This document shows positions 37,493 through 48,318 of a DNA stretch of 64,000 bases, piece after piece. Made by a program: the position numbers and the translations under genes. This DNA comes from Acidobacteriota bacterium (lineage in GTDB: Bacteria > Acidobacteriota > UBA890 > WLXD01), in the NCBI GenBank assembly GCA_965248695.1, contig CBDFKD010000002.1:4928001-4992000 (forward strand), given 5' to 3'. The notes beneath the pieces are model-generated. The model was not told where the DNA came from. It saw only the letters and a list, made by a program, of their open reading frames with translations, and did no database searches. Positions within the stretch are counted from its first letter, which is position 1. Every line of letters starts with the position of its first letter.

Positions 37493-39712
37493 TTGCTGTA
37501 TAGCAGGATTGTTGCCGGGGTTATTTTGGCCACGCTGGTTGCTGGCATGGGTTTCGGTAGCGGCCCGGTCGTCTGGGTGCAGGCCGGTGCGCTGGACTTC
37601 GCGGCGGGCGAACCCCTAGGGGTCTCCATCGCTGCCGACGGCGCACTGCACCTGGCGCCGGCGATCGACACCGTGTTCGAGGCCGACACGCCGCGTATAT
37701 GGGGCGTCGCGACCGATGGCGCTGGCACCGTGTTCGTCGCCGCCGGAGAGGACGGTACAGTGACGAGGGTGGCGCCGGGCGCCGAGCCCGAGGTGTTCTT
37801 CTCGGTCCCTGACGAGGGTAGCGTCCAGTCGATCGCGTGGGCTCCCGACGGCAGCCTTTTCGTTGCCGCCGGGCCCGCCGGAGCGATCTATCGGGTGCCC
37901 GACGCTCACACCGGCGGAGATCTCGAAGCCTGGGCCGAGCTCGGCGTAGCGTACGTCTGGGACCTGGCGGTGGACACGCAGGGTCGTCTGATCGCCGCCA
38001 CCGGCGGCGACGCGGCGATCGTTCGCATTGACGACGGTCAGGTGGAACGGCTCTACGAGACCGCCGAGCCCAACGTCACGGCGGTTGCGGTTGACGAGGC
38101 CGGTATCGTCGCCGGCACCGACGGGAACGGCTACCTCTATCGAATCTCCGAGTCCGGCGAGGTCTTCGTCCTCTACGACGCGCCGCTGGCCGAGATCACC
38201 GACGTGTTGCTCACCGATGGAGCGGTCTGGGCCGGCGCATTCGAACCGGCCAGCGGCAACGGCAACGGCAGTACGGCTAGCGAGGCGCCCGCTGGTGGCC
38301 GCGTATCGTTTTCCGTCAGCGCTGAAACGCCGTCGAAGGCATCGGGTGCGGTGTATCGCATTGACGCCGGCGGTTTCGTGGAGACCGTCTGGCAGAGCTC
38401 TGCCGAGGGCGTTTACTCGCTGGCGCTCGCCGATACTCGTGTGCTCGCGGGCACTGGCCCCGGAGGACACGTCTATGACGTCGGCGTTGAAGGGCAAGCG
38501 TCCCTGTTGAGTCGGCTCGACGCCGAGCAGGTGGTCGCGCTGGTTTCGGCGGGTGCTTCCGGCACCCTGGTGGCGACTAGCAATATTGGCCGAGTACATC
38601 GACTGGGTACATCGTTTCGTGCCCAGGGGGAGTACCTGTCGGAGGTAAAGGACACGGGCGCCACGTCCACATGGGGAACACTCCGCTTCCGTGCGGAGGT
38701 GCCGGATGGCACCGCCGTGCGGCTCCACACTCGCAGTGGCAACACCGGCACGCCGGACGATACTTGGAGCGCCTGGTCACGGCCCCGAGGCGACGCAGAT
38801 GGAAGCCAGGTAGCCTCGCCCCCCGCCCGGTTCGTGCAGTGGCGCGCCGAGCTCGTAACTGCCGACGGCAGCCGCACGCCGACATTGCACCGCGTCGAGA
38901 TGGCCTACGTGCCGGGCAATCTTGCGCCCCGGCTCACGGCACTTCGGGTGCATCCGGCCGGGGTGATCTACCGACAGAATTCCGCCTTCGAGGACGGCCT
39001 GCCGTTTGCGCAGATCCCGCCGTCGGTGGCCGAGTTGCTGCGCGCCATGGACTCCTCGGGTACGGCCAGCGCCGGCCGAGTGTTTCTCGGACGCCCGTTC
39101 TACATGCCCGGTCTGCGAACCTTCACCTGGGAAGCGACCGACCCCAACGGCGACGGGCTGGTGTACGCGCTCGAGTTTCGCGGTGAAGAGGAACCGAACT
39201 GGAAACCGCTCGTTCAGCAGCTGGATAGGACGCAATTCACCTTCGATACGGCACGACTGGCGGACGGCAGATACGTGGTGCGTGTGTCAGCCAGCGATCA
39301 ACCGTCGAATCCTGAACAGCGGGCCAGATCGATCAGCGCAACGTCACGAGCCTTCACGGTCGACAACACGGCTCCCGTGCTGGGCGCCCTGACAGCGGAG
39401 GTCCGAGGCGACGAGCTGCGCGTGCTCGGGGACGTGCACGATGGTACGTCGCTTGTTCGACAGCTCCGGTACTCTGTTGACGGCGCTATTTGGCATACAG
39501 TATTGGCCGCCGATGGTGCGGCGGATTCTGCGACCGAAGCGATTGATTTCAGGGTCGGAGGGCTCGCACCCGGAAACCACACGGTGGTGGTACAGGTTAT
39601 CGACACGGCGTTGAATCGCAGCGCCGGCAAGATTCAGGTAGCAATAGGCGACGCAGGCAGCGCTGGGCGCTATCCGACGGAGACCGCGGGCGAATGGCGG
39701 GTGCGGAAATGA
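37493..39712 (+). CDS. Secreted beta-propeller repeat protein with C-terminal beta-sandwich (FN3/Ig-like) domains
   Basis: Signal peptide; about 45-aa repeats (IWGVATD..GTVFVAAG..G.V.RV, YVWDLAVD.QGRL.AATG); RSGNT..PD.TWS.WS; WEATDPNGD; FTVDNTAP. GGGAGG RBS. Confidence 0.75.
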   Translation: MLYSRIVAGVILATLVAGMGFGSGPVVWVQAGALDFAAGEPLGVSIAADGALHLAPAIDTVFEADTPRIWGVATDGAGTVFVAAGEDGTVTRVAPGAEPEVFFSVPDEGSVQSIAWAPDGSLFVAAGPAGAIYRVPDAHTGGDLEAWAELGVAYVWDLAVDTQGRLIAATGGDAAIVRIDDGQVERLYETAEPNVTAVAVDEAGIVAGTDGNGYLYRISESGEVFVLYDAPLAEITDVLLTDGAVWAGAFEPASGNGNGSTASEAPAGGRVSFSVSAETPSKASGAVYRIDAGGFVETVWQSSAEGVYSLALADTRVLAGTGPGGHVYDVGVEGQASLLSRLDAEQVVALVSAGASGTLVATSNIGRVHRLGTSFRAQGEYLSEVKDTGATSTWGTLRFRAEVPDGTAVRLHTRSGNTGTPDDTWSAWSRPRGDADGSQVASPPARFVQWRAELVTADGSRTPTLHRVEMAYVPGNLAPRLTALRVHPAGVIYRQNSAFEDGLPFAQIPPSVAELLRAMDSSGTASAGRVFLGRPFYMPGLRTFTWEATDPNGDGLVYALEFRGEEEPNWKPLVQQLDRTQFTFDTARLADGRYVVRVSASDQPSNPEQRARSISATSRAFTVDNTAPVLGALTAEVRGDELRVLGDVHDGTSLVRQLRYSVDGAIWHTVLAADGAADSATEAIDFRVGGLAPGNHTVVVQVIDTALNRSAGKIQVAIGDAGSAGRYPTETAGEWRVRK

Positions 39713-40134
39713 ATGTGACGGTCCGATGCGGCAGTCGGCGCGAATGGATTGATCCGCTGCAGGCGTTTTCCGAGCACATCTTCACCATGGCAGGATTCGA
39801 CGAGGAGCAGGCGTACTGGCCGGTCCTGGCAGTGCGGGAGGCGATCATGAACGCCGTCCTGCACGGTAACAAGGAGCGTCCGGACACCGCCGTAACCGTC
39901 GACTATCAGCTCGATGACGGACGCATCGCGATCTCGGTATGTGATCAGGGCGAGGGCTTTGACCCGGGCGAGCTGAGCGATCCGCTGTCGGCCGAGAACC
40001 TGCTCAGCGAGGGGGGCCGCGGCGTCTACCTCATGCGGCAGTTCATGGATGAGGTGAACTTCTCGTTCCCCGACGCCGGCGGCACCTGCATCTCGCTGGT
40101 CAAGCGGCTGGGCGCCGAGGGTGACGACGACTGA
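39709..40134 (+). CDS. RsbW/SpoIIAB-like anti-sigma factor Ser/Thr kinase (HATPase_c_2)
   Basis: EAIMNAVLHGN (N box), DQGEGFDP (G1), GGRGVYLM..FMDEV (G2). ATGA overlap with the upstream stop. Confidence 0.88.
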   Translation: MNVTVRCGSRREWIDPLQAFSEHIFTMAGFDEEQAYWPVLAVREAIMNAVLHGNKERPDTAVTVDYQLDDGRIAISVCDQGEGFDPGELSDPLSAENLLSEGGRGVYLMRQFMDEVNFSFPDAGGTCISLVKRLGAEGDDD

Positions 40135-40150
40135 TCGTCGTCGGCCGGCG

Positions 40151-40278
40151 GCGAAATCGGGCCGCCTGCGGCGTTGCTCCTCCTCGCAGATGCACCAACA
40201 TCAACTCGTCGGAGCGCCTTGCATCCGACCCCATTTCGCCACCACGGCACTATCGATTCATCTGTTACAGGCCACTAG
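40151..40278. mobile_element. Right-half copy of the MITE-like element, ending TTCATCTGTTACAGGCCACTAG
   Basis: Aligns by eye at roughly 80% to 44603-44729, with the terminal 22 bp identical. Confidence 0.8.
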
Positions 40279-42710
40279 AGCGACGCCAGGAACGTCGAGT
40301 CCACCAGCACCCTGCGCGGCTTGGAGCCGCTAGGTGGCCCGACGATTCCTTCTTGCTCCATCATGTCCATGATGCGGCCGGCGCGCGCGTACCCGAGGCT
40401 GAGCTTCCGCTGGATATTGGAGACCGATGCCTCGCCCGCGTTCACCACCACCCTCACGGCCTCGACGAAGAACTCGTCGCGCGCCGAGGTGCCGCGCTTG
40501 CCCTTGCCGGGTGCGTCCGGAGGCACTTGCGTCACTTCCTCCGAATAGGCCGGCCGCGCCTGGTCGCGCCAGAAATTGACCACCGACTTCACTTCCTGCT
40601 CCGTGACGAAGGCGCCGTGCACGCGTGAGAGGCGCGATGTTCCGGGCGCCAGGAACAACATGTCGCCGCGACCGAGCAGCGTCTCTGCGCCTTGTGTGTC
40701 GAGAATCACCCGGGAGTCGACGCGCGAAGCGACGCGGAAGCTGATCCGCGCCGGCAGATTGTTCTTGATCACGCCGGTCAGCACGTCAACGGACGGTCGC
40801 TGGGTAGCCAGAATCAGATGGATACCGACTGCGCGGGCCATCTGCGACAACCGGATAATGGATTCTTCGACAACGTTGGAGGCGGTCATCATCAGGTCGG
40901 CAAGCTCGTCGATGATCACCACGATGTAAGGGAGCGGCTTGAGCTCTTCGGCGCCGTCGTCGAGCTCACCGAGCTCCTCTCCGCCGCGCTTCAGGATCAG
41001 GTTGAACTGATCGATGCTGCGCACGCCGTACTCCGCCAGGAGCTTGTAGCGTCGTTCCATCTCGCGTACGGCCCAGCACAGAGCGTTGGCTGCCAGCTTC
41101 GGCTCGACAACCACCGAGGTGAGCAGGTGCGGAATATCCTGGTACAAACCGAACTCGAGACGCTTCGGATCGATCAGGACGACCTTCACCTCGTCCGGCG
41201 TCGCCTTGTAGAGCAGGCTCAACAGCATGCAGTTGAGGGCCACGCTCTTGCCGGCCCCGGTGGTGCCGGCGATCAGGAGATGCGGCATGCGGGCCAGATC
41301 CGTGACCGTGGTTTCCCCGTGGATCTGCTTGCCGAGTGCCAGGGTGAGCTTCGACTTGGAGTTGTAGAACTCGGCCGATTCGAGGATGTCCCGGAACCCG
41401 ATCGTGGCGCGATCGTTGTTGGGTACCTCGATGCCAACGGTAGCTTTACCTGGCAGGCGCGCGATCCGGATCGATTCCGCCTTCAGCGCCAGGCTGAGAT
41501 CTTCTTCCAGGTTGGTGATGCGGCTGTACTTCACGCCAGTGCCCGGACGGAACTCGAAGGTCGTGACCACCGGCCCCGGATGGATAGCCACCACCTCGCC
41601 CGTGACGCGGAACTCGGCTGCCTTGGAGGTGATCGCCTTGGCCTTCTCCATCAGCTCTTTCTGGTCGATCGCCTGGCTGACGTCCGTCTGCTCTAGCAGG
41701 TCGGTGTCTGGAAGCGCGTAGTTGCCATCGGGGCCGGCGGGCTGCTCGAACGGCAACGACGCAGCCTCGGCGGGGTCCGGCAGCTCTATGCGTGGCATTG
41801 CGGCATCGCTGTCGGCATCGAGGCCGGGATCGGACTCCAGCAGTAGCTCCGGAATAGGCGCCCCGACGCGGGCGGCCTTGACCGGAACCCTCAGGGTCAG
41901 CAGGGCGCCGGGCTCAGTGAAGTCGGGTACTGGTTCCGGCTTGTCATCATCCCCGTGCCGGGCGGCGTATTTCTTGATCACGTCGCGACGCTGGCGCGTC
42001 TTCCGGCGCCGCTCTCGCCAGCGTGCCGTGGCGGTGCGGCCCTGCCTGACGCTGGCGGCGCATCCGGCCCACAGAATCGTTGCGCCGCGTGCCAGCGACA
42101 GCTTGGTGACGGCGACGAGCGCCAACAACGAGGCGGTGGCGGCCACCAGTGGCCCGCCTGCGGATCCGAAAGCACCCTGCATCGTGAGCCCACCAGACAC
42201 GCCAAGCAGGCCACCGGCGGGCGACGGGCGACCCCCGAGCCAAACCTCCCCGAGGGCGTAGTGCGCCAGGACGCAGCCGAAGCCGACGAAAGCAACGAGA
42301 CCGATGGACTTGGTGATCACCGCGGGGACGTAGTCACCCCGAATGCGACACCAACCGGCGACACCGCAGGTGGCTACTCCGACCCAGGCACCGATTCCGA
42401 GCATCTGGAATGCCAAGGCGGCGAGTGTAGCCCCTACCGTACCGCCCAGATTTTTCGGTGGGTCGCCGGCGATGTGGATGAAAAGGTCGCCGTCGGCGGC
42501 GTCGTAGGAGTACAGCGAAATGAGCAAGAACGCTGCGGCAGCGAGCACGGTCATGCCGATGAACTCGCCGCTGCGGCTGGGGTTGCGAGCTTTGGATGCG
42601 GATCGCCGCTTGGACGACGCTCTCGTACGGGCCGTGCGTGCTTGCGCTCTGGTCTTGCGCGCCGCGCTCTTGCGGGCCGTGCCTATCCGAGCAGTGCTTA
42701 TCCGAGCCAA
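40275..42710 (-). CDS. ftsK: DNA translocase FtsK/SpoIIIE
   Basis: 4TM N-terminus, GPVVT.FE, PHLLIAGTTGAGKSV, IDELADLM, ATQRPSVDV, gamma domain QRKLSLGYARAGR. Start reassigned to TTG 42710 behind GAGG. Confidence 0.95.
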   Translation of the reverse strand: MARISTARIGTARKSAARKTRAQARTARTRASSKRRSASKARNPSRSGEFIGMTVLAAAAFLLISLYSYDAADGDLFIHIAGDPPKNLGGTVGATLAALAFQMLGIGAWVGVATCGVAGWCRIRGDYVPAVITKSIGLVAFVGFGCVLAHYALGEVWLGGRPSPAGGLLGVSGGLTMQGAFGSAGGPLVAATASLLALVAVTKLSLARGATILWAGCAASVRQGRTATARWRERRRKTRQRRDVIKKYAARHGDDDKPEPVPDFTEPGALLTLRVPVKAARVGAPIPELLLESDPGLDADSDAAMPRIELPDPAEAASLPFEQPAGPDGNYALPDTDLLEQTDVSQAIDQKELMEKAKAITSKAAEFRVTGEVVAIHPGPVVTTFEFRPGTGVKYSRITNLEEDLSLALKAESIRIARLPGKATVGIEVPNNDRATIGFRDILESAEFYNSKSKLTLALGKQIHGETTVTDLARMPHLLIAGTTGAGKSVALNCMLLSLLYKATPDEVKVVLIDPKRLEFGLYQDIPHLLTSVVVEPKLAANALCWAVREMERRYKLLAEYGVRSIDQFNLILKRGGEELGELDDGAEELKPLPYIVVIIDELADLMMTASNVVEESIIRLSQMARAVGIHLILATQRPSVDVLTGVIKNNLPARISFRVASRVDSRVILDTQGAETLLGRGDMLFLAPGTSRLSRVHGAFVTEQEVKSVVNFWRDQARPAYSEEVTQVPPDAPGKGKRGTSARDEFFVEAVRVVVNAGEASVSNIQRKLSLGYARAGRIMDMMEQEGIVGPPSGSKPRRVLVDSTFLASL

Positions 42711-42757
42711 TGCCTGACCTCTGATGTCAGTACGTTGGTCTCGGCCGGCTTTCGCCC

Positions 42758-43564
42758 CTACCGCGCGGCCGCGAGCAACACCAGCGCTCCGAGCCAACAG
42801 TACCATCCGAAACGGTACCACCAGCCAACTCGGGTAGCGCGATGAACGAACCCGATGCAAAAGTAACCAACGAGCCCGGCGGCAAGAGTAGCAAACAGTA
42901 CGTGGCTGAACAAGAGCGTGGCGGGGGACGATGAGAGGCTCGATTGCACAGCATCGAGCACCGACGCCGCGAGGATCGCCGGGACTGACAGGAGGAGCGA
43001 GAAGGTCACCGCCTGGGCTGGCGGCACCCTCGCCAGCAGCGCCACGCTTATCGTCAAGCCGGAGCGCGATACTCCGGGGAAGATGGCGATCCCCTGGGCG
43101 AGTCCGATGAGCAGCGCTGTCCTCCATCTCAGTGGCCCAGTGGCAGCCGGGCGTAGACGCGACGCCATCAGGAAAGCGCCCGACAGCGCCAGCCCGGCAG
43201 CGATGGCGTGCAGGCTGTCGAACGCCGCATGAACGAAGTTGCGCGCCAGCATTCCGACCACGACGGTCGGCAGGCTGCCTACCAGCAGCAGCAGCCACCA
43301 TTGTTCTCTTTCGATACCGAGCAGGGCGGGTCCGGGCCGGTGTTTGAACAGGCTTGCGACCAGGTCGCGATGGTAGATCAGCACCGCGATCGTGGTTCCC
43401 AGATGGGTGGCGAGCTCGAGGGTGACGCCAGCGTAGGCCGTGCTGGGGAAGAGCAGCTGCGCCGCCCCCAGGTGTCCGCTGCTGGACACGGGCAGGAACT
43501 CGGTGAGTCCCTGGAGGACACCGAGGAGGATGGCGGCGCTGAGCGTGGGCCCTGAGGCGTTCAT
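42758..43564 (-). CDS. uppP: Undecaprenyl-diphosphate phosphatase (BacA)
   Basis: QGLTEFLPVSSSGH, HLGT, PGVSRSG.TI. ATG 43564 overlaps the rsmA stop. Confidence 0.95.
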   Translation of the reverse strand: MNASGPTLSAAILLGVLQGLTEFLPVSSSGHLGAAQLLFPSTAYAGVTLELATHLGTTIAVLIYHRDLVASLFKHRPGPALLGIEREQWWLLLLVGSLPTVVVGMLARNFVHAAFDSLHAIAAGLALSGAFLMASRLRPAATGPLRWRTALLIGLAQGIAIFPGVSRSGLTISVALLARVPPAQAVTFSLLLSVPAILAASVLDAVQSSLSSSPATLLFSHVLFATLAAGLVGYFCIGFVHRATRVGWWYRFGWYCWLGALVLLAAAR

Positions 43565-44352
43565 GGTGCCAACGACGGTAGTGCGGCCGCGAGCGTACGC
43601 CACCGAGGCGGTGCCACGGTCTCGGCGCGTGCATCGCCCGGTAGACCGATGTCTTTGCAGGCACCGGCGGCGGTCCCGGCATGCCAGCCGGCGAGCACCA
43701 GACCGTTGACGAGCGTCTTGCGGCGATGGGTGAAGCCCGCTTCGAGGGTACGTATCTCGTGCGCCGATGGGGCCGGTGATGCCGACACCGGGCGCGGCGT
43801 CAGCCGTACGAAGGCCGAGTCGACCCTCGGTGCCGGCCTGAAGGAGCCTGCGGTCAGGCGCTTGACTACTTCGACCTCGAACTCCCACTGGAGGCGCACG
43901 GAAAGGACCCCGTACGACTTGCTGCCCGATGCGCTGCCGGCGCGATCGGCGACCTCGCGCTGCAGCATGTAGTGAGCATCGACGATGTCCGTTCGGTGCG
44001 TTGCCGTCCAACGCAGGAAGGGGCCACTGAGGTTATAAGGGAGGTTGCCGACCAGCCGTACCGCATCGTCCTGCCAGGGCAGCTCCGTGTCGGCCGTCAG
44101 CGCGTCGCCGCATATCAAGTCGAGGGTCGCCTCGGCGTACCGGCGGCGGAGCTCCGCACAACGTTCGGGGTCGATCTCTACCGCCACCACCATCGCCCCT
44201 CGGCGCAGCAATGCGCCGGTCAGGCGGCCCGTCCCGGGACCGATCTCGATGAAGGTTTCACCTGAGCTCGGCTTGATCGTCGTGACGAGAAGCTCGGCCA
44301 GGGCGTCACTCGCCAGCCAATGTTGCCCCCACTTCTTCTTGGCGATCGCCAT
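43561..44352 (-). CDS. rsmA: 16S rRNA m6,2A dimethyltransferase KsgA
   Basis: KK.GQH.L, EIGPGTG.LT, VEID, GNLPYN, MLQREVA.R, F.PAPRVDS, RRKTL.N. Confidence 0.96.
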   Translation of the reverse strand: MAIAKKKWGQHWLASDALAELLVTTIKPSSGETFIEIGPGTGRLTGALLRRGAMVVAVEIDPERCAELRRRYAEATLDLICGDALTADTELPWQDDAVRLVGNLPYNLSGPFLRWTATHRTDIVDAHYMLQREVADRAGSASGSKSYGVLSVRLQWEFEVEVVKRLTAGSFRPAPRVDSAFVRLTPRPVSASPAPSAHEIRTLEAGFTHRRKTLVNGLVLAGWHAGTAAGACKDIGLPGDARAETVAPPRWRTLAAALPSLAP

Positions 44353-44359
44353 CGGCTGG

Positions 44360-44365
44360 ATTATA
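44360..44365 (-). promoter_or_regulatory. -10 box (TATAAT) 7 nt upstream of the rsmA ATG; probable leaderless promoter
   Basis: Minus strand reads TATAAT-ccagccg-ATG, with no SD in the gap. Confidence 0.6.
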
Positions 44366-44452
44366 GGCGCTTGGCGGGCGCCTACCGCCCCGCCGAGGAC
44401 CGACTCGGTGCGTTGACAGGTCGCCAGCGCCGCGTTTTCATTACCCATCTCG

Positions 44453-44729
44453 CTAGTGGCCTGTAACAGATGAACGCTACGTATCGCAGATGGGATTTGC
44501 GGGTGAGATCAAGGCGCGGCGAGGAAGGCGATGCAATGGGCATCGTCGAGGAGGCGCAACGCCGATATCGCCTGCAACTGCCCAACTGTCCGGAGGATGA
44601 TAGCGAAATCGGCCCGTCTGCGGCGTTGCCCCTCCTCGAAGATGGGCAAACATCGTCTCGTCGGTGCGCCTGGCATCCGGACCCATTTCGCCACCACATA
44701 GGCAACGTTCATCTGTTACAGGCCACTAG
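44453..44729. mobile_element. MITE-like non-autonomous element with perfect 24-bp terminal inverted repeats
   Basis: CTAGTGGCCTGTAACAGATGAACG (44453-44476) and its exact reverse complement (44706-44729). Internal arms are also inverted-homologous. A second partial copy lies at 40151. Confidence 0.85.
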
Positions 44730-44807
44730 AATCGCCGGTACAGCCTGCCAGAGCCAAGCTCGCGCACCGCCAGGCGATTTCCCCGCAACGACGATCGATC
44801 GAGATCA

Positions 44808-47485
<2,678 letters not shown>

Positions 47486-47489
<4 letters not shown>

Positions 47490-48318
47490 CGGTCGCGATG
47501 CCGACCAGTGCGCCATCCGGCCTACCGCTGGATATGGAGCGGTGTCGCGACCTGATGGCATCGTCTCGCCTGGCGAGTGAGATCGTGGCTCACCAGACCG
47601 TGACCTCGACGAACTCAGTTGCCCGCCAGCTCGGCCGCGCCGGCGCCAACGACGGGACGCTGGTGATCGCCGAGGAGCAGACGGCTGGCCGCGGCCGCCG
47701 TCGGCGTCGCTGGAATCTCCCCCCTGCTTGGGTCTTTACGCCTCGCTGCTGCTTCGTCCGGCGAGCGCTTCGGCGGAATACGCCAATGCGGTGCAGTTGG
47801 CGGCGGGCATTGCGGTCGCAGAGGCGCTGGCGCACGTCCAGCCGCACGCCCCCGAGCTCATTTGGCCGAACGACTGCTACTGCCTCGGACAGAAGGTTGC
47901 CGGCGTGCTCGTTGAGGCGGAGGCGATGGGGCCACAGTTGGAGTTTCTCGTCTGCGGCATCGGCATCAACGTGAACCAGAAGCGCAGCGATTTTCCTGAT
48001 CAGCTCAGCGGTGCCACCAGCGCGCGCCTACTGGCTGGCCATGCGATTGACCGCGAAGCGTTGCTGGCACGACTGGTTGTTTCGTTGCAGCAATGGGATG
48101 ACGTTGCGCGTCAGTTCGGGCTAGAGCCGGTGATCGAGCGCTGGACCGCGCTGGCGCCGGCCGCAACCGGTACTGTGGTGGACGTCAGCACGGTCGATGG
48201 TCTCTTGCACGGTCGGTGTGCCGGACTGTCATCGAGCGGCGCCCTCAAGATCGTCGCCGACGGCCGCACCCACGAGGTAGCGGTCGGGGAGTTGATCCGG
48301 GTAAGGAGACGATTGTGA
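47486..48318 (+). pseudogene. birA: Biotin--protein ligase BirA (no HTH) split by a 1-nt frameshift near 47712; may be a sequencing error
   Basis: First frame carries STN and AEEQTAGRGR..R.W. Second frame carries GLYASLLL, WPND, KVAGVL.E, GIGINVN. Confidence 0.85.

Noticed and set aside
40123-40142. GACGACGA-CTGA-TCGTCGTC hairpin over the RsbW-like stop as a terminator
   Set aside because: It is a perfect 8-bp stem but has no U-tract on either strand, so support is insufficient.
42711-43682. N-terminal 324 aa of the 1135-aa ftsK ORF, as a fusion domain
   Set aside because: It overlaps uppP and rsmA in other frames and has shadow-ORF composition. A plausible TTG start with RBS lies at 42710.
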